DNA of 64,000 nt from Cryomorpha ignava (lineage in GTDB: Bacteria; Bacteroidota; Bacteroidia; Flavobacteriales_F; PHOS-HE28): NCBI GenBank assembly GCA_040391235.1, contig JBEBYG010000019.1, positions 4,491 through 68,490 on the forward strand, given 5' to 3'. Made by a program: the position numbers and the translations under genes. Positions within the stretch are counted from its first letter, which is position 1, and each line of letters begins with the position of its first letter. The notes beneath the pieces are model-generated. The model saw only the letters and a list, made by a program, of their open reading frames with translations, did not search any database and was not told where the DNA came from. Positions 38,013 through 45,720 of the stretch are shown piece after piece.

Positions 38013-39023
38013 CTACGACTCCTGCTCGTAGAAGATCTTGTAGAACTTCCTTCCGCTTTCATCCACGCCGTGCTCGATCTTGTTGCGGTCGCCGTGGATG
38101 TAGATGTGAAAATTCTTGTCCAGTTTCAGTACGCTCTTGAACGCACGTGCCTGTTTCTTCACGGCATGCGCTGAGATCTCGAAGCTGTCCTGCACCTCCA
38201 CGTCGTTCTCTTTCTGGTAGCGGTCGCTGTAGTCCTTGTAGGACTGGATGGCCTTCTCTTCCTGAAATACTTCCTGCGTGAATTCATCCTGGTCGAATTC
38301 CGTGTGGTTCTTGAAGTAATCCACGGAGCGGTTCAGCAGATCGATCTGGTCGGCCTTGTCCACCACGAAGTCCTGCGGTAGTTGCTCGGTGATGAAGCCC
38401 TTGGTGATATTCATCAGATCGCTGGTGCTGTTCACGTGGTCCTTCTTCGCCCGTGACCTGATGAAATCCTTTTGCCAATACTCCGTGCTCGCTTGGCTGT
38501 CGATGATGAAGAGCGTCGGAGAATCACCCGAGAAGACCACCAAGCACGCCTTGTTCGGCTTGTTGTTGCCCAAGCCGCGCTTCATGCGCAACGCGATGGC
38601 ATCGTCCTTCATCTTGCTCTCCAGGAACACTTCCTTCTCGTCGAACTTGAAGATGCCAATGGCTTCATGCTCCGCGTTGCCGACCTGCACCGCACTGAAC
38701 TTCGCCACAATCAGATCGCCGCCCGGCATTTTGTCTTCCGGAGCCACCGCGATGAGCTGTTTGGCAATGGCCTCGGAGTTCTCCACGATGCTTTCACCGT
38801 CGTAGATCTTCGTACACAGCTGTTGGATCGTGTTGCTTCCCGGAGCGAACTCGCAGGTGAACGCCATGTTCGTGAAGGGGCGCAGAAAAAGCTTCCGAAG
38901 GAACTGCTGTTCCAACTCGCCTTTGATCACCGCACTGAAGTCGCTGAACACACTGGGCTCGCCATCCGCACCGATGCGATGCAACACGAACTCCTCCACA
39001 AATGCTTCCTTGCCGTTGACCAT
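38013..39023 (-). CDS. Nucleoid-associated protein (YejK/NdpA-like)
   Basis: LHRIG, IGIFK, KACLV, YWQKDF and KSVLKLDKNFHIYIHG, as seen in the Bacteroidota family. Confidence 0.85.
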   Translation of the reverse strand: MVNGKEAFVEEFVLHRIGADGEPSVFSDFSAVIKGELEQQFLRKLFLRPFTNMAFTCEFAPGSNTIQQLCTKIYDGESIVENSEAIAKQLIAVAPEDKMPGGDLIVAKFSAVQVGNAEHEAIGIFKFDEKEVFLESKMKDDAIALRMKRGLGNNKPNKACLVVFSGDSPTLFIIDSQASTEYWQKDFIRSRAKKDHVNSTSDLMNITKGFITEQLPQDFVVDKADQIDLLNRSVDYFKNHTEFDQDEFTQEVFQEEKAIQSYKDYSDRYQKENDVEVQDSFEISAHAVKKQARAFKSVLKLDKNFHIYIHGDRNKIEHGVDESGRKFYKIFYEQES

Positions 39024-39120
39024 GATCACTTTTCTAAGGGCGGCGAAAGTACCCCTTAGGAACATCAGGGTCCCCGCTAAAAGGTGGAACGTCTTTGCTG
39101 GCCCAACCTACTTTCACCGC

Positions 39121-40365
39121 ATGAAGCATCTCTTCGCACTCGTCGTCCTTCTTGGGTCGCTTCCTCCCGCAGTCGCACAGACCTCGCGCGTCCTCTTCAT
39201 AGGCAACAGCTATACGGACGTGAATAACCTGCCGGAGATGACGCGGCAACTGGCGCTCTCCTTGGGCGAAACGCTGGTGGTGAGCAGCTCTACGCCCGGC
39301 GGGGTCACCTTCCAAGGGCACACCACGAATACGACCACCCAGAACCTGATCGACCAAGGCGGGTGGGACTATGTGGTGCTGCAGGAGCAGAGCCAACTTC
39401 CCTCCTTCCCTCCGGGCCAAGTAGCGAGTGATTGCTATCCATACGCCACCATTTTGGTGGATGACATTCGTACCCATTCCCTTTGCGCGGAAACAGTGTT
39501 CTACATGACGTGGGGACGCGAGAACGGCGATGCACAGAACTGTGCTTCTTGGCCACCCGTGTGTACCTACGAAGGCATGCAAGAGCGGCTGCGGATCAGC
39601 TACCTGCAGATGGCGCAAGACAACAGCGCCGAATGTGCGCCTGCCGGCATGGCGTGGAAGCGCGTGCGCGAGGAGTTTCCGGCGATTAACTTGTACTCTT
39701 CGGATGGCAGCCATCCCAGCGTTGCTGGATCCTACTTGGTGGCTTGCACGATGTACAGCACCTTCTTCCGCAGAACCACTGTGGGCGCAAGCTTCACTTC
39801 CACGTTGGATGCAGCGACCGCGGCCACACTCCAGCAAGTCGCTTCTTCCGTGGTGCTGGATAGTTTGGATACATGGAACATTGGCGTCAACGATCCGACC
39901 GCGTTGCCGGAACATGTGGACCAAGGCGGTGGCCAAGTGGCATTCAGCGAGAACTCCACGAACAGCACCAATAACTTCTGGGACTTAGGCGATGGAAGCA
40001 CAAACCTGGAAAGCAACTTCACCCATACCTACACGGCTGATGGCAACTACACCGTGACCTACATCGCAATGGACGATTGCGGACGTGCTGACACCAGCGT
40101 ATTCCAAGTGGGCATCACCACTACGGGTATCACGGAACAACATGCATCCTCCTTCCGCGTGACAGGTGATGCGAATGGGCTGGTGATCCGCAACGGTGGT
40201 GAAGCGGGGAGCTTGGAGCTGTTCGACCTACAAGGCCGTGTGTTGCGGTCCGTGTCAGTGGATGCTCAAAGTGAGGAACGTATTTCGTGGCTTTCCGGAC
40301 AATGCGTGCTGTGGCGCTTTATTGGCACGACCACTCCGAAGAGCGGCGTTGTCGTGGTGCCGTAG
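39121..40365 (+). CDS. Secreted SGNH-like (DUF4886) protein with PKD domain and probable T9SS CTD
   Basis: VLFIGNSYT, WDYVVLQEQS and DGSHPS motifs; WDLGDG..HTY PKD; LFDLQGR C-terminus. Confidence 0.85.
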   Translation: MKHLFALVVLLGSLPPAVAQTSRVLFIGNSYTDVNNLPEMTRQLALSLGETLVVSSSTPGGVTFQGHTTNTTTQNLIDQGGWDYVVLQEQSQLPSFPPGQVASDCYPYATILVDDIRTHSLCAETVFYMTWGRENGDAQNCASWPPVCTYEGMQERLRISYLQMAQDNSAECAPAGMAWKRVREEFPAINLYSSDGSHPSVAGSYLVACTMYSTFFRRTTVGASFTSTLDAATAATLQQVASSVVLDSLDTWNIGVNDPTALPEHVDQGGGQVAFSENSTNSTNNFWDLGDGSTNLESNFTHTYTADGNYTVTYIAMDDCGRADTSVFQVGITTTGITEQHASSFRVTGDANGLVIRNGGEAGSLELFDLQGRVLRSVSVDAQSEERISWLSGQCVLWRFIGTTTPKSGVVVVP

Positions 40366-40379
40366 CTTTGAGGTCCGCC

Positions 40380-40571
40380 ATGGCTACTGACGACCGCATC
40401 CACTTCGGCACCAAGGAGGAAAACAACGCCCGCCGGGAACGCGCGTTCTGGGCACTGCCGCCTAGTGACCGCTTCATGTGGTTCCTGCGAAGTTTTGATG
40501 AGCGTTATGATCCGAATGCGAAGGAGCGGCCCACGAAGAATTTTGTGATCCGGAAGAAGGCTCAGGGTTGA
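40380..40571 (+). CDS. Small 63-aa hypothetical protein
   Basis: MATDDRIHFGTKEENNARRERAFWALPPSDRF...; plausible codon usage; 14 bp after the upstream stop. Confidence 0.6.
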   Translation: MATDDRIHFGTKEENNARRERAFWALPPSDRFMWFLRSFDERYDPNAKERPTKNFVIRKKAQG

Positions 40572-40611
40572 TGCATAGCCATGGCATTCTTAGCGCCTTG
40601 GCAGTGAAGTC

Positions 40612-41529
40612 CTACGCCCCATGCCGATAAGCCATCTCCTGCACCTTCACCACATGCAGTACGAACGGGAAAAGCGCATCCATCGTCTCTTGTGCTCCGC
40701 GCGTTGATCCCGGCAGGGTGATCACCAGCGTGCGGCCGATCATGCCGGCGATTCCGCGGCTCATCATCGCCAGCGGAACACGCTCTTGGCCATAGCTACG
40801 CGCGGCTTCCATGATGCCGGGTACTTCGCGATCAAGGATGGGAGCGATGGCTTCGGGTGTGCGGTCGCGTGGTGAGAGGCCTGTGCCTCCCGTGGTGAGA
40901 ATGAGGTCGATGCCTTGCTCAGCCCATGCATTCACGTGCGCAGCGATCTGTTCCGGTTCGTCAGGTACCAGCGCATTTGCAGCGAGTTCCACACCGATCA
41001 ACTTCAACTTCTCACTGATCGCCTTGCCTGCCTTGTCCTCTTTCTTTCCTGCTGAAACGCTGTCGCTGATGACAAGCACCGCAGCGCGTGGAAGCTTCTC
41101 GAACTGATCCTTCCAATCGCTCTTGCCACCTTTTTTCTCCACCAGTCGGATCTGATCGATGGTGATGCCCTTGTCGATGGGCTTCAGCATATCGTACATG
41201 GTGAGTGCTGCGACACTGGCGCCATGCATGGCCTCCACCTCCACGCCGGTGCGGTAGATGGTGCGCACTTTCATGCGGACCTCGATCTCCATCTCGCGCA
41301 CCTCGAACGTGCATTCCGCATGCTCGATCGGCAGCGGGTGACAGTCGGGGATCATGTCATGTGTGCGCTTTACGCCGAAGAGTGCAGCGACCCGCGCAGC
41401 CTCCAGCACATCTCCTTTCGGCACTCGCTTTTCTAAAACTGCGACGATCGTCGCATAATTGGAAACACGCACCAAAGCCGCGGCAGTGGCTTCGCGGAGC
41501 GTGGTGGGTTTGTGGGTGATGTCGATCAT
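40612..41529 (-). CDS. moaCB: Bifunctional MoaC/MoaB
   Basis: MIDIT, KGDVL, IPDCHPL, TGVEVEA and EKKGGKS, followed by TTGGTG..RDRTPEA and LPGS. Confidence 0.95.
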   Translation of the reverse strand: MIDITHKPTTLREATAAALVRVSNYATIVAVLEKRVPKGDVLEAARVAALFGVKRTHDMIPDCHPLPIEHAECTFEVREMEIEVRMKVRTIYRTGVEVEAMHGASVAALTMYDMLKPIDKGITIDQIRLVEKKGGKSDWKDQFEKLPRAAVLVISDSVSAGKKEDKAGKAISEKLKLIGVELAANALVPDEPEQIAAHVNAWAEQGIDLILTTGGTGLSPRDRTPEAIAPILDREVPGIMEAARSYGQERVPLAMMSRGIAGMIGRTLVITLPGSTRGAQETMDALFPFVLHVVKVQEMAYRHGA

Positions 41530-41556
41530 GATCGTTGGGCGTGGTGTCGCTCGCCC

Positions 41557-42087
41557 TTACCTGTTCTTCTTCCAGACGTGCGTGCTATCCTCCAGTATCT
41601 CCTTGCCGAAGATCGGTAGGCGCTTCTTCACTTCGTCGGTAACGTAGGCGACTGCCTCGCGTGCAGCCGTGCGATGCGCTGAAGATGCGAAGACGAAGAA
41701 GCAAAGCTCTCCTGTTTGGATGATGCCTTGGCTGTGGTGTACGTGCAAACACGTGATGGGCCAGCGTGCAAAAGCCTCCTCGCGAATGGCGATCATCTGT
41801 TCGTTGGCCATGTCGCGGTAGGCGGTGTATTCGATCGACCTCACGGTGGGTTGTCGTGTCTCGGCTGCGCTCGACATGACAACTCCATCTCCGCGCGAGG
41901 TGGCAATTTGATCCGCGCGCACCTGGCCCAGGAAGATCTCGTGCGCGCCGATGTCCGTGCGCGTGGCGTGCTTGGCGATGCTCTCTGCGATGAAGGTCGG
42001 CGTGATAGGACCTTCGGTGAAGATGACGCGCTTCTTATGTGTTTTACTTTTCTCTGATACCGGATCCATCTGTGTCATCTGTGTCAT
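41557..42087 (-). CDS. moaE: Molybdopterin synthase catalytic subunit
   Basis: IFLGQVRAD, EYTAY, SAHR and LPIFGKE motifs. The start is one of three repeat-derived ATGs (42087, 42078, 42069). Confidence 0.92.
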   Translation of the reverse strand: MTQMTQMDPVSEKSKTHKKRVIFTEGPITPTFIAESIAKHATRTDIGAHEIFLGQVRADQIATSRGDGVVMSSAAETRQPTVRSIEYTAYRDMANEQMIAIREEAFARWPITCLHVHHSQGIIQTGELCFFVFASSAHRTAAREAVAYVTDEVKKRLPIFGKEILEDSTHVWKKNR

Positions 42088-42093
42088 CTGTGG
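42067..42093 (-). repeat. CACAGATG-type repeat arm at the moaD/moaE junction
   Basis: (CATCTGTGT)2CATCTGTGG; same motif as 53293-53320 and 59116-59243. Confidence 0.7.
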
Positions 42094-42094
42094 A

Positions 42095-42319
42095 TCATCC
42101 TCCTGCGAATGGTGGCAGCAATGCGATCTCCTCACTGCCTTTCAATTCAACATTTCCGTGCGTGATCTTGCGATCCACGGCGAGTGCATAGCTCAGCGAG
42201 GAAAGCCCTTCGATGCGTTCCTCCAAGGCTCGTTTCAGTGCACCGGTATCGCTGGCGGAGATGTTCAGGCTATGCGTCCCTGCCTTCTCCGCTATCAATC
42301 CAAAAAGCAGAATGTCCAT
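42095..42319 (-). CDS. moaD: Molybdopterin synthase sulfur carrier
   Basis: 74 aa ending PPFAGG. Confidence 0.93.
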   Translation of the reverse strand: MDILLFGLIAEKAGTHSLNISASDTGALKRALEERIEGLSSLSYALAVDRKITHGNVELKGSEEIALLPPFAGG

Positions 42320-42322
42320 GCC

Positions 42323-42892
42323 TCAAAGGTCGGCAGGACTGTTGAGGTTGTGAAACAGGTGTTCCGGCCAGCCATCATCGCCGGGCTTGATATCGAGGTA
42401 GGCCGTCTTCACATCCGCCAGTGCACCGTGCATGGATAGCTGGCTGCGCGTGATGTTGTCCATGAAGGCTTCCACGCAGCGGCGGTGGTATGCAGCGACC
42501 AAGGGTTCGAGCGCACCGTTGTGGCGTGGCACCAACGCATCCGCATCATCCGGTAGTTCGCGGGTGAGGCGTTCCAGCAGTCGCGCATTCACGCCTGGTA
42601 CGTCCACCGCCAGCACCAGCAGGCGGTCGTGACGTGCGTTACCCATCGCAGTGACGATGCCACCCAAAGGCCCGAGACCGGGGATGTCATCCGGCATCAC
42701 GTCGGGCCAGATTTGGCCGTACTTGCGCGGCTCGCCGATGACGAATAGCTCGCGCACATGCGGCTTCAATTTCTCCACGGCGTGCAGAAGCAGCGGCTTA
42801 CCGTCCACTTTCAGCAGTGCCTTATCCTGCCCCATGCGCGTGCTTTTGCCGCCAGCGAGCACCACTCCGGTCCATGCGTATTTGCTTCCCAT
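42323..42892 (-). CDS. mobA: Molybdenum cofactor guanylyltransferase
   Basis: LAGGKSTRMGQDKA, GPLGGI and NLNSPADL motifs. Confidence 0.95.
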   Translation of the reverse strand: MGSKYAWTGVVLAGGKSTRMGQDKALLKVDGKPLLLHAVEKLKPHVRELFVIGEPRKYGQIWPDVMPDDIPGLGPLGGIVTAMGNARHDRLLVLAVDVPGVNARLLERLTRELPDDADALVPRHNGALEPLVAAYHRRCVEAFMDNITRSQLSMHGALADVKTAYLDIKPGDDGWPEHLFHNLNSPADL

Positions 42893-43070
42893 TTTTTTTG
42901 GAGAGATCAGCGTTTGTTTGTTGAGGCACAGAGGATCACGGAGGGATGCAAGGCCGCGGAGGTGCAGAGGCGCGGAGAAGAAGATCGGAGGGGTCTACTG
43001 CACAGACCGGGCTTCGCCCAAGCAAAGAGGCTGGGCACAGCGAGCATTCTTGAGCACGGATCCAAAAATG

Positions 43071-44243
43071 TCATTGGATGTAATGTACTTCGATCAATTC
43101 ACCTGTTCTCAACTCGCGCACATCCGCAGGGATGAACGCCAATGCATTCGCTTGGGTAAGGGAAAGCAACATGTGCGATCCTTCATCTGCGCGTAGTTCA
43201 ACCTTGCCGCCTTTCACCAAGGCCGCACGGAATTCCGCCCGATTCCCTTTCAGCTTTACCGGAGTTGCGATCGGCAACAGATCACTCTGCATCCATGGCT
43301 GAGCCGCACCTTGCATGGCAAGCAAGAACGGCAGCACGTATTCGTGGAAGAGCACCATCACCGCGCGGGGATTTCCGGGCAAGCCGAAAACCATCGTGTT
43401 GTTCAACCTTGCGCAAAGCATCGGCCTGCCGGGCTTTTGCGCCACGCCATGAAAGCGGATGTCAGCACCCAGTGCTTCAAGCGTGGGCGGTATCAGGTCG
43501 TGATCGCCGACGGAAACCCCACCGGTGGAAAGGATGATGTCGTGCTTTGCGCTTAGCTCCTTCCATGCGGTGATCAATGCTTCGCGATCGTCGCCGACCT
43601 GATGTACTTCGGCATCCAAACCCGAAGCGCGGAGTGCGGCCTGCAGCATCACGCCGTTGCTTCCGAAGATCTTGCCGGGTTGTGGAGCAGTTCCTTCCAC
43701 GAATTCATTCCCGCTGATCAACAGTGCGACGCGTGGACGTGTCGCAACCTCCACCTTCCGAACACCCACGGATGCCAGCAATCCAATGGCCGCGGCATCG
43801 ATCAATGCACCCGCTTTCAGTGCAGTATCCCCGGCTTGCAATTGCTCTCCTTTCAGCCGCACGTTGCCACCCGGCTTCAGCTTGGTATCGCTATGCGTGA
43901 TCACGTCTCCTTCGCGCTGCACAAGCTCTTGCATCACTACCGTATCAGCACCATTTGGCATCATGGCCCCCGTAAAGATCCGCACGCATTCTCCGCGTAC
44001 CAAGGGCCTGGGAAATACATCGCCCGCTGCCAACGCACCTACTACTTTCCAGTCGGCCACTCCTTCCTCATAAGCGAATCCGTAGCCATCCATCGCGCTG
44101 CAATCGAAGAGCGGATGATCGAAGGACGCAGCGACATCTTGCAGGGTGAATCGGCCGACCGCATCCAGCAATGTGACCTGTTCCGATGGGAGGATGCGCA
44201 ACGCATCCATCATCCGTTGTTTGGCTTCCGCTACATCGATCAT
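43071..44243 (-). CDS. moeA: Molybdopterin molybdotransferase
   Basis: SAMDGY, RIFTGA, TGGVSVGD, QKPGRP and GLPGNP motifs. Confidence 0.96.
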   Translation of the reverse strand: MIDVAEAKQRMMDALRILPSEQVTLLDAVGRFTLQDVAASFDHPLFDCSAMDGYGFAYEEGVADWKVVGALAAGDVFPRPLVRGECVRIFTGAMMPNGADTVVMQELVQREGDVITHSDTKLKPGGNVRLKGEQLQAGDTALKAGALIDAAAIGLLASVGVRKVEVATRPRVALLISGNEFVEGTAPQPGKIFGSNGVMLQAALRASGLDAEVHQVGDDREALITAWKELSAKHDIILSTGGVSVGDHDLIPPTLEALGADIRFHGVAQKPGRPMLCARLNNTMVFGLPGNPRAVMVLFHEYVLPFLLAMQGAAQPWMQSDLLPIATPVKLKGNRAEFRAALVKGGKVELRADEGSHMLLSLTQANALAFIPADVRELRTGELIEVHYIQ

Positions 44244-44968
44244 GGCAGCATCAGTTTCACGCTGGCGAACAGCAGCACCACGCCGAGCGCCTGTTTCAGT
44301 CGCAGTTCATTCAGTCGCTTCGCACCGATCCAACTACCGAGCAGGCCGCCCAGCACAGCCGCGATGATCCACGGCACCGTGTCCACGCTTAGGGTCTCGC
44401 CGCTGCCGAATGCACCCGCCAAACCGGCTGCGCTGTTCACGAAAATGAAGAGCGCCGAGGTGGCTGCCGTGGTTTTCATGTCCGCCCAATTCAAGAGCAA
44501 CAGCACGGGACTGAGAAGGATGCCGCCGCCGATGCCGATCATGCCCGAGACGAAGCCCAGCACCACACCGATCACCAAGCCCCACGCCAAGGGTATTGGT
44601 ACAAAGCCTTCCTTGCCCTTGCCGAAGAGACCGAACAAGCGAGCCACGGCGAAGAGCAGGCAAACCGCGAGGATGCGCTTGTAGATCAAGGGGTCCAAAA
44701 CTACATGAGCACCCAACCAGGCCGCGGGCATGGATAGCAATGCGAATGGCCAAAAGGTGCTCCATTTGAAATGGCCGGCACGCGCATACTGGGCGAAGGA
44801 GATGGCGCTGACGAAGAGGTTCAGCACGAGCGCGGTGGGACGCATCACCACCACCGACATGCCGGCCAGTGCCATCAGTGCGAGGTAGCCACTGGCGCCG
44901 CCGTGGCCCACCATGGCATAGGCAAAGGCCACGAAGGCGATCAGCACGATCAAAAACGTGCTATCCAT
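44240..44968 (-). CDS. TauE/SafE (TSUP) family membrane transporter
   Basis: VGHGGASGY and GIGGGILL glycine-rich TM motifs. Confidence 0.92.
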   Translation of the reverse strand: MDSTFLIVLIAFVAFAYAMVGHGGASGYLALMALAGMSVVVMRPTALVLNLFVSAISFAQYARAGHFKWSTFWPFALLSMPAAWLGAHVVLDPLIYKRILAVCLLFAVARLFGLFGKGKEGFVPIPLAWGLVIGVVLGFVSGMIGIGGGILLSPVLLLLNWADMKTTAATSALFIFVNSAAGLAGAFGSGETLSVDTVPWIIAAVLGGLLGSWIGAKRLNELRLKQALGVVLLFASVKLMLP

Positions 44969-44971
44969 CCC

Positions 44972-45637
44972 TTAGTTTAAAGGAGGATCGATCGCGGTCC
45001 AGCTCTTGCCATCGAAGAGATCGATCTGGCCGTTCCGCACGGGCTCTCCTTGCAGCAAAGCACGTAGCAGCTGCGCCATACGCCTGCCGGTTTCTTCAAG
45101 CGTCTCCATTGGCACGTTCTGCATATCGCAGCCATCTTGCTCTGTGCCGGGCTTTCCTTGGAACAGATCCGCACGGGAAAGACTACTTCCCTCCCCTTCG
45201 GCATGCAGCACGATCACTTGGGATTCCTGCCCATGCACGGAACCACTGACCAGTGCTACTCCATAATCCGCGCAGGTCCGATCCAGCAAGCGCTTCACGT
45301 GCGCATCATCGGTGCAATCCGCCACTACATCATGTAAGGGGATCACCTTCTCGGCATTGTTCGCATCCAAGAAATCATCCATGGAAGCGACGCGCACGGT
45401 AATGGGCATGTTCCGCAGCCAAGCCGCCAACACCTTGCTCTTCGCCTTCCCAATGTCCACAGGAGCAAACAGCTCTTGCCGATCCAGGTTCTTCTCTTCC
45501 ACACGATCGCCATCCATAAGGGTGATGCCGCCCCATTCCCAACGCGCTACACGGGGTAGCAACGCATTCGCGATCGCACCGGCACCCACTACGAGCAAGC
45601 GCAGTGGCGGTACTTTTTTCATCTCCTGATCAGCCAT
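44972..45637 (-). CDS. moeB: ThiF/MoeB family adenylyltransferase (divergent)
   Basis: VVGAGA, DGDRVEEKNLDRQ and DCTD motifs; lacks the usual Zn-binding CxxC pairs. Confidence 0.78.
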   Translation of the reverse strand: MADQEMKKVPPLRLLVVGAGAIANALLPRVARWEWGGITLMDGDRVEEKNLDRQELFAPVDIGKAKSKVLAAWLRNMPITVRVASMDDFLDANNAEKVIPLHDVVADCTDDAHVKRLLDRTCADYGVALVSGSVHGQESQVIVLHAEGEGSSLSRADLFQGKPGTEQDGCDMQNVPMETLEETGRRMAQLLRALLQGEPVRNGQIDLFDGKSWTAIDPPLN

Positions 45638-45672
45638 GCCTCAAAGTAATGAAAACAACGTTCACCGGTAGC

Positions 45673-45698
45673 AAAAAGCCCCGGCATCGCCGGGGCTT
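45673..45698 (-). terminator. Intrinsic terminator
   Basis: AAAAAGCCCCGG..CCGGGGCTT downstream of the FG-GAP gene. Confidence 0.75.
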
Positions 45699-45720
45699 CC
45701 TGTAACATTCCGGTTCCTGA

